DNA from: Azolla caroliniana
Lineage: Eukaryota > Plantae > Polypodiophyta
DNA length: 64,000 nucleotides
Reading direction: 5' to 3'
Assembly (NCBI GenBank): GCA_043228905.1
Contig: JBHGNT010000003.1
Span: forward strand, 5,084,001-5,148,000
The stretch's first letter is position 1, and each line of letters starts with the position of its first letter. The notes beneath the pieces were generated by a model that was given only the letters and a program-made list of their open reading frames with translations, was not told where the DNA came from and did not search any database. The position numbers and the translations under genes are program-made. This document shows, piece after piece, positions 62,501 through 64,000 of the stretch.

Positions 62501-64000
62501 AAGAGAGAGAAGGGCCCCCCAAAAATTTCTAGATGAAGAGCGTGTACTGCTAACCAATGAGGGGGAGCCAAAGAGCTTTGAGGAAGCAAAGAGAGATACA
62601 CACAACCGAAAGTGGTTAAGTTCCATGCAAGAGGAGATGGATTCCTTGCATGAGAACCACACATACAAATTGACCAAGTTGTTGAAAGGGAAAAGGCACT
62701 CCGGAAAAAGTGGGTATACAAGCTGAAGCCGGGAGATGGCGAAAATCCACCGAGATATAAAGCCCGAATTGTCGTGAAGGGCTTCCAGCAAAAGAAAGGT
62801 GTAGATTTTGACGAAATATTTGCCCCAGTCGTAAAGATGACGTCAATCTGAACAATGTTGAACATAGCGGCTAGCATGGATCTTGAAGACGAGCAACTAG
62901 ACATCAAGATTGCACTCCTTCATGGAGATTTGGAGGAAAAGGTATACATGCACCAACCGAAAGGATTTGTGGAGAAAGGTAAAGAGAACGTGGTATGCCG
63001 ATTGAGGAAGAGCTTATATGGGCTGAAGCAAGCACCTCGGCATGGTACCTAAAATTCGAATCCTTCATGACCGACAACGGGTACCACAAAATGGAGGCTG
63101 ATCACCGCGTGTTTGTGAAGAAGTTCGACGAAGGAGATTTTCTCATACTCCTGCTATATGTGGACGACATACTGATAGTCAGACGAAACCATAAAAAGAT
63201 TCGAGCTCTAAAGAAGGCCTTGAGTGGGTCATTCTCGATGAAGGATGTGGGACCGGCAAAACAGATCTTGGGAATGCACATTGTCTGAGACAGGACAAAG
63301 AGATTATTGTGGTTGTCACAGGAGAAGGAGAAGTACGTGACAAAAGTGCTCCAGAGATTTAACATGGAAAGCGCGAAACCGGTCGGCTCGACACTACCGA
63401 CAAACTGTAAGCTGACTGGAAGCCAAAGTTCGAAATTGAAAACCGAGAAGGCGGAGATGAATAAGGTCCCTTATGCCTCAATAGTCAGAAGCCTGATGTC
63501 TGCAATGGTTTGCACGAGGCTAGACATTGGATACGCAGTCGGAGTGGACAACCAATATATGAGCAAATCCCGGAAGATGGCATTGGGTAGCCATCAAGTG
63601 GATACTGTGGTACCTGAGAGGCACCTCGAGTGTGTGTCTCCGATTCGGCTCAGGTAACCCCAAATTGGAAGGTTATATTGATTCAGACATGTCGGCTAAT
63701 GTGGATACCAACCGATCCACGTCTGAATACGTAATGACGTATGCATGGGGGAATTGTTTCGTGGCAGTCTAGGTTGGAGAAGGTCGTGGCGATGTCGACC
63801 ATGGAAGCCTAGTATATGGCTGCAACAGAAGCCGGCAAGAAAATAATATGGATGAAGGAGTTCATCGGAGAGTTGGGAATTTGACAAGAGGAATTCCGCC
63901 TCCACTGTGATAATCAGAGTGCCATCCATCTTGCGAAAAATGCCGCCTACCACTCGATAACCAAGCACATCTAGAGGAGATACCATTGGCTCTGAGAGCG
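59536..64000 (+). mobile_element. Ty1/copia element (Tnt1/Tork-like), degenerate, runs off the window end
   Basis: 5' LTR 59536-60133 (tgttgg...ctaaca), iMet PBS tggtatcaaagc at 60137, gag KLTGSNYSDWK, protease WVVDSGAS, integrase HTDV and DNGGEY, RT KARIVVKG, SLYGLKQA and YVDD, RNase H CDNQSAI. Many stops. Confidence 0.93.

Overview
Eukaryotic, AT-rich, transposon-dense DNA. The repeat lineages suggest a non-seed land plant such as a moss or fern, which is an inference. The only intact host gene is a SINA/SINAT RING E3 ubiquitin ligase (minus strand, 3 coding exons, 40161-38688). The rest is nested, decayed TEs: a chromodomain-bearing Ty3/gypsy element (Tcn1-like) plus a solo LTR of it, two Ty1/copia elements, LINE copies of two families, two hAT-type MITEs, and six insertions of a tRNA-Trp-primed Ty3/gypsy group with TGTC(G)...CGACA LTR ends. 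The strongest unexpected signal is that all six insertions of that group sit at a 4-bp target centred on CpG (ACGT/ACGC/CCGT), which suggests CpG- or mCpG-directed integration. Other signals are antisense tRNA-like A/B-box cassettes in the U3 of two unrelated LTR families, a -1 frameshift site with a pseudoknot in the chromovirus, telomeric repeats inside a gag gene, and an acidic extra-ORF module in non-autonomous elements. All calls were made by eye; no database searches were run.
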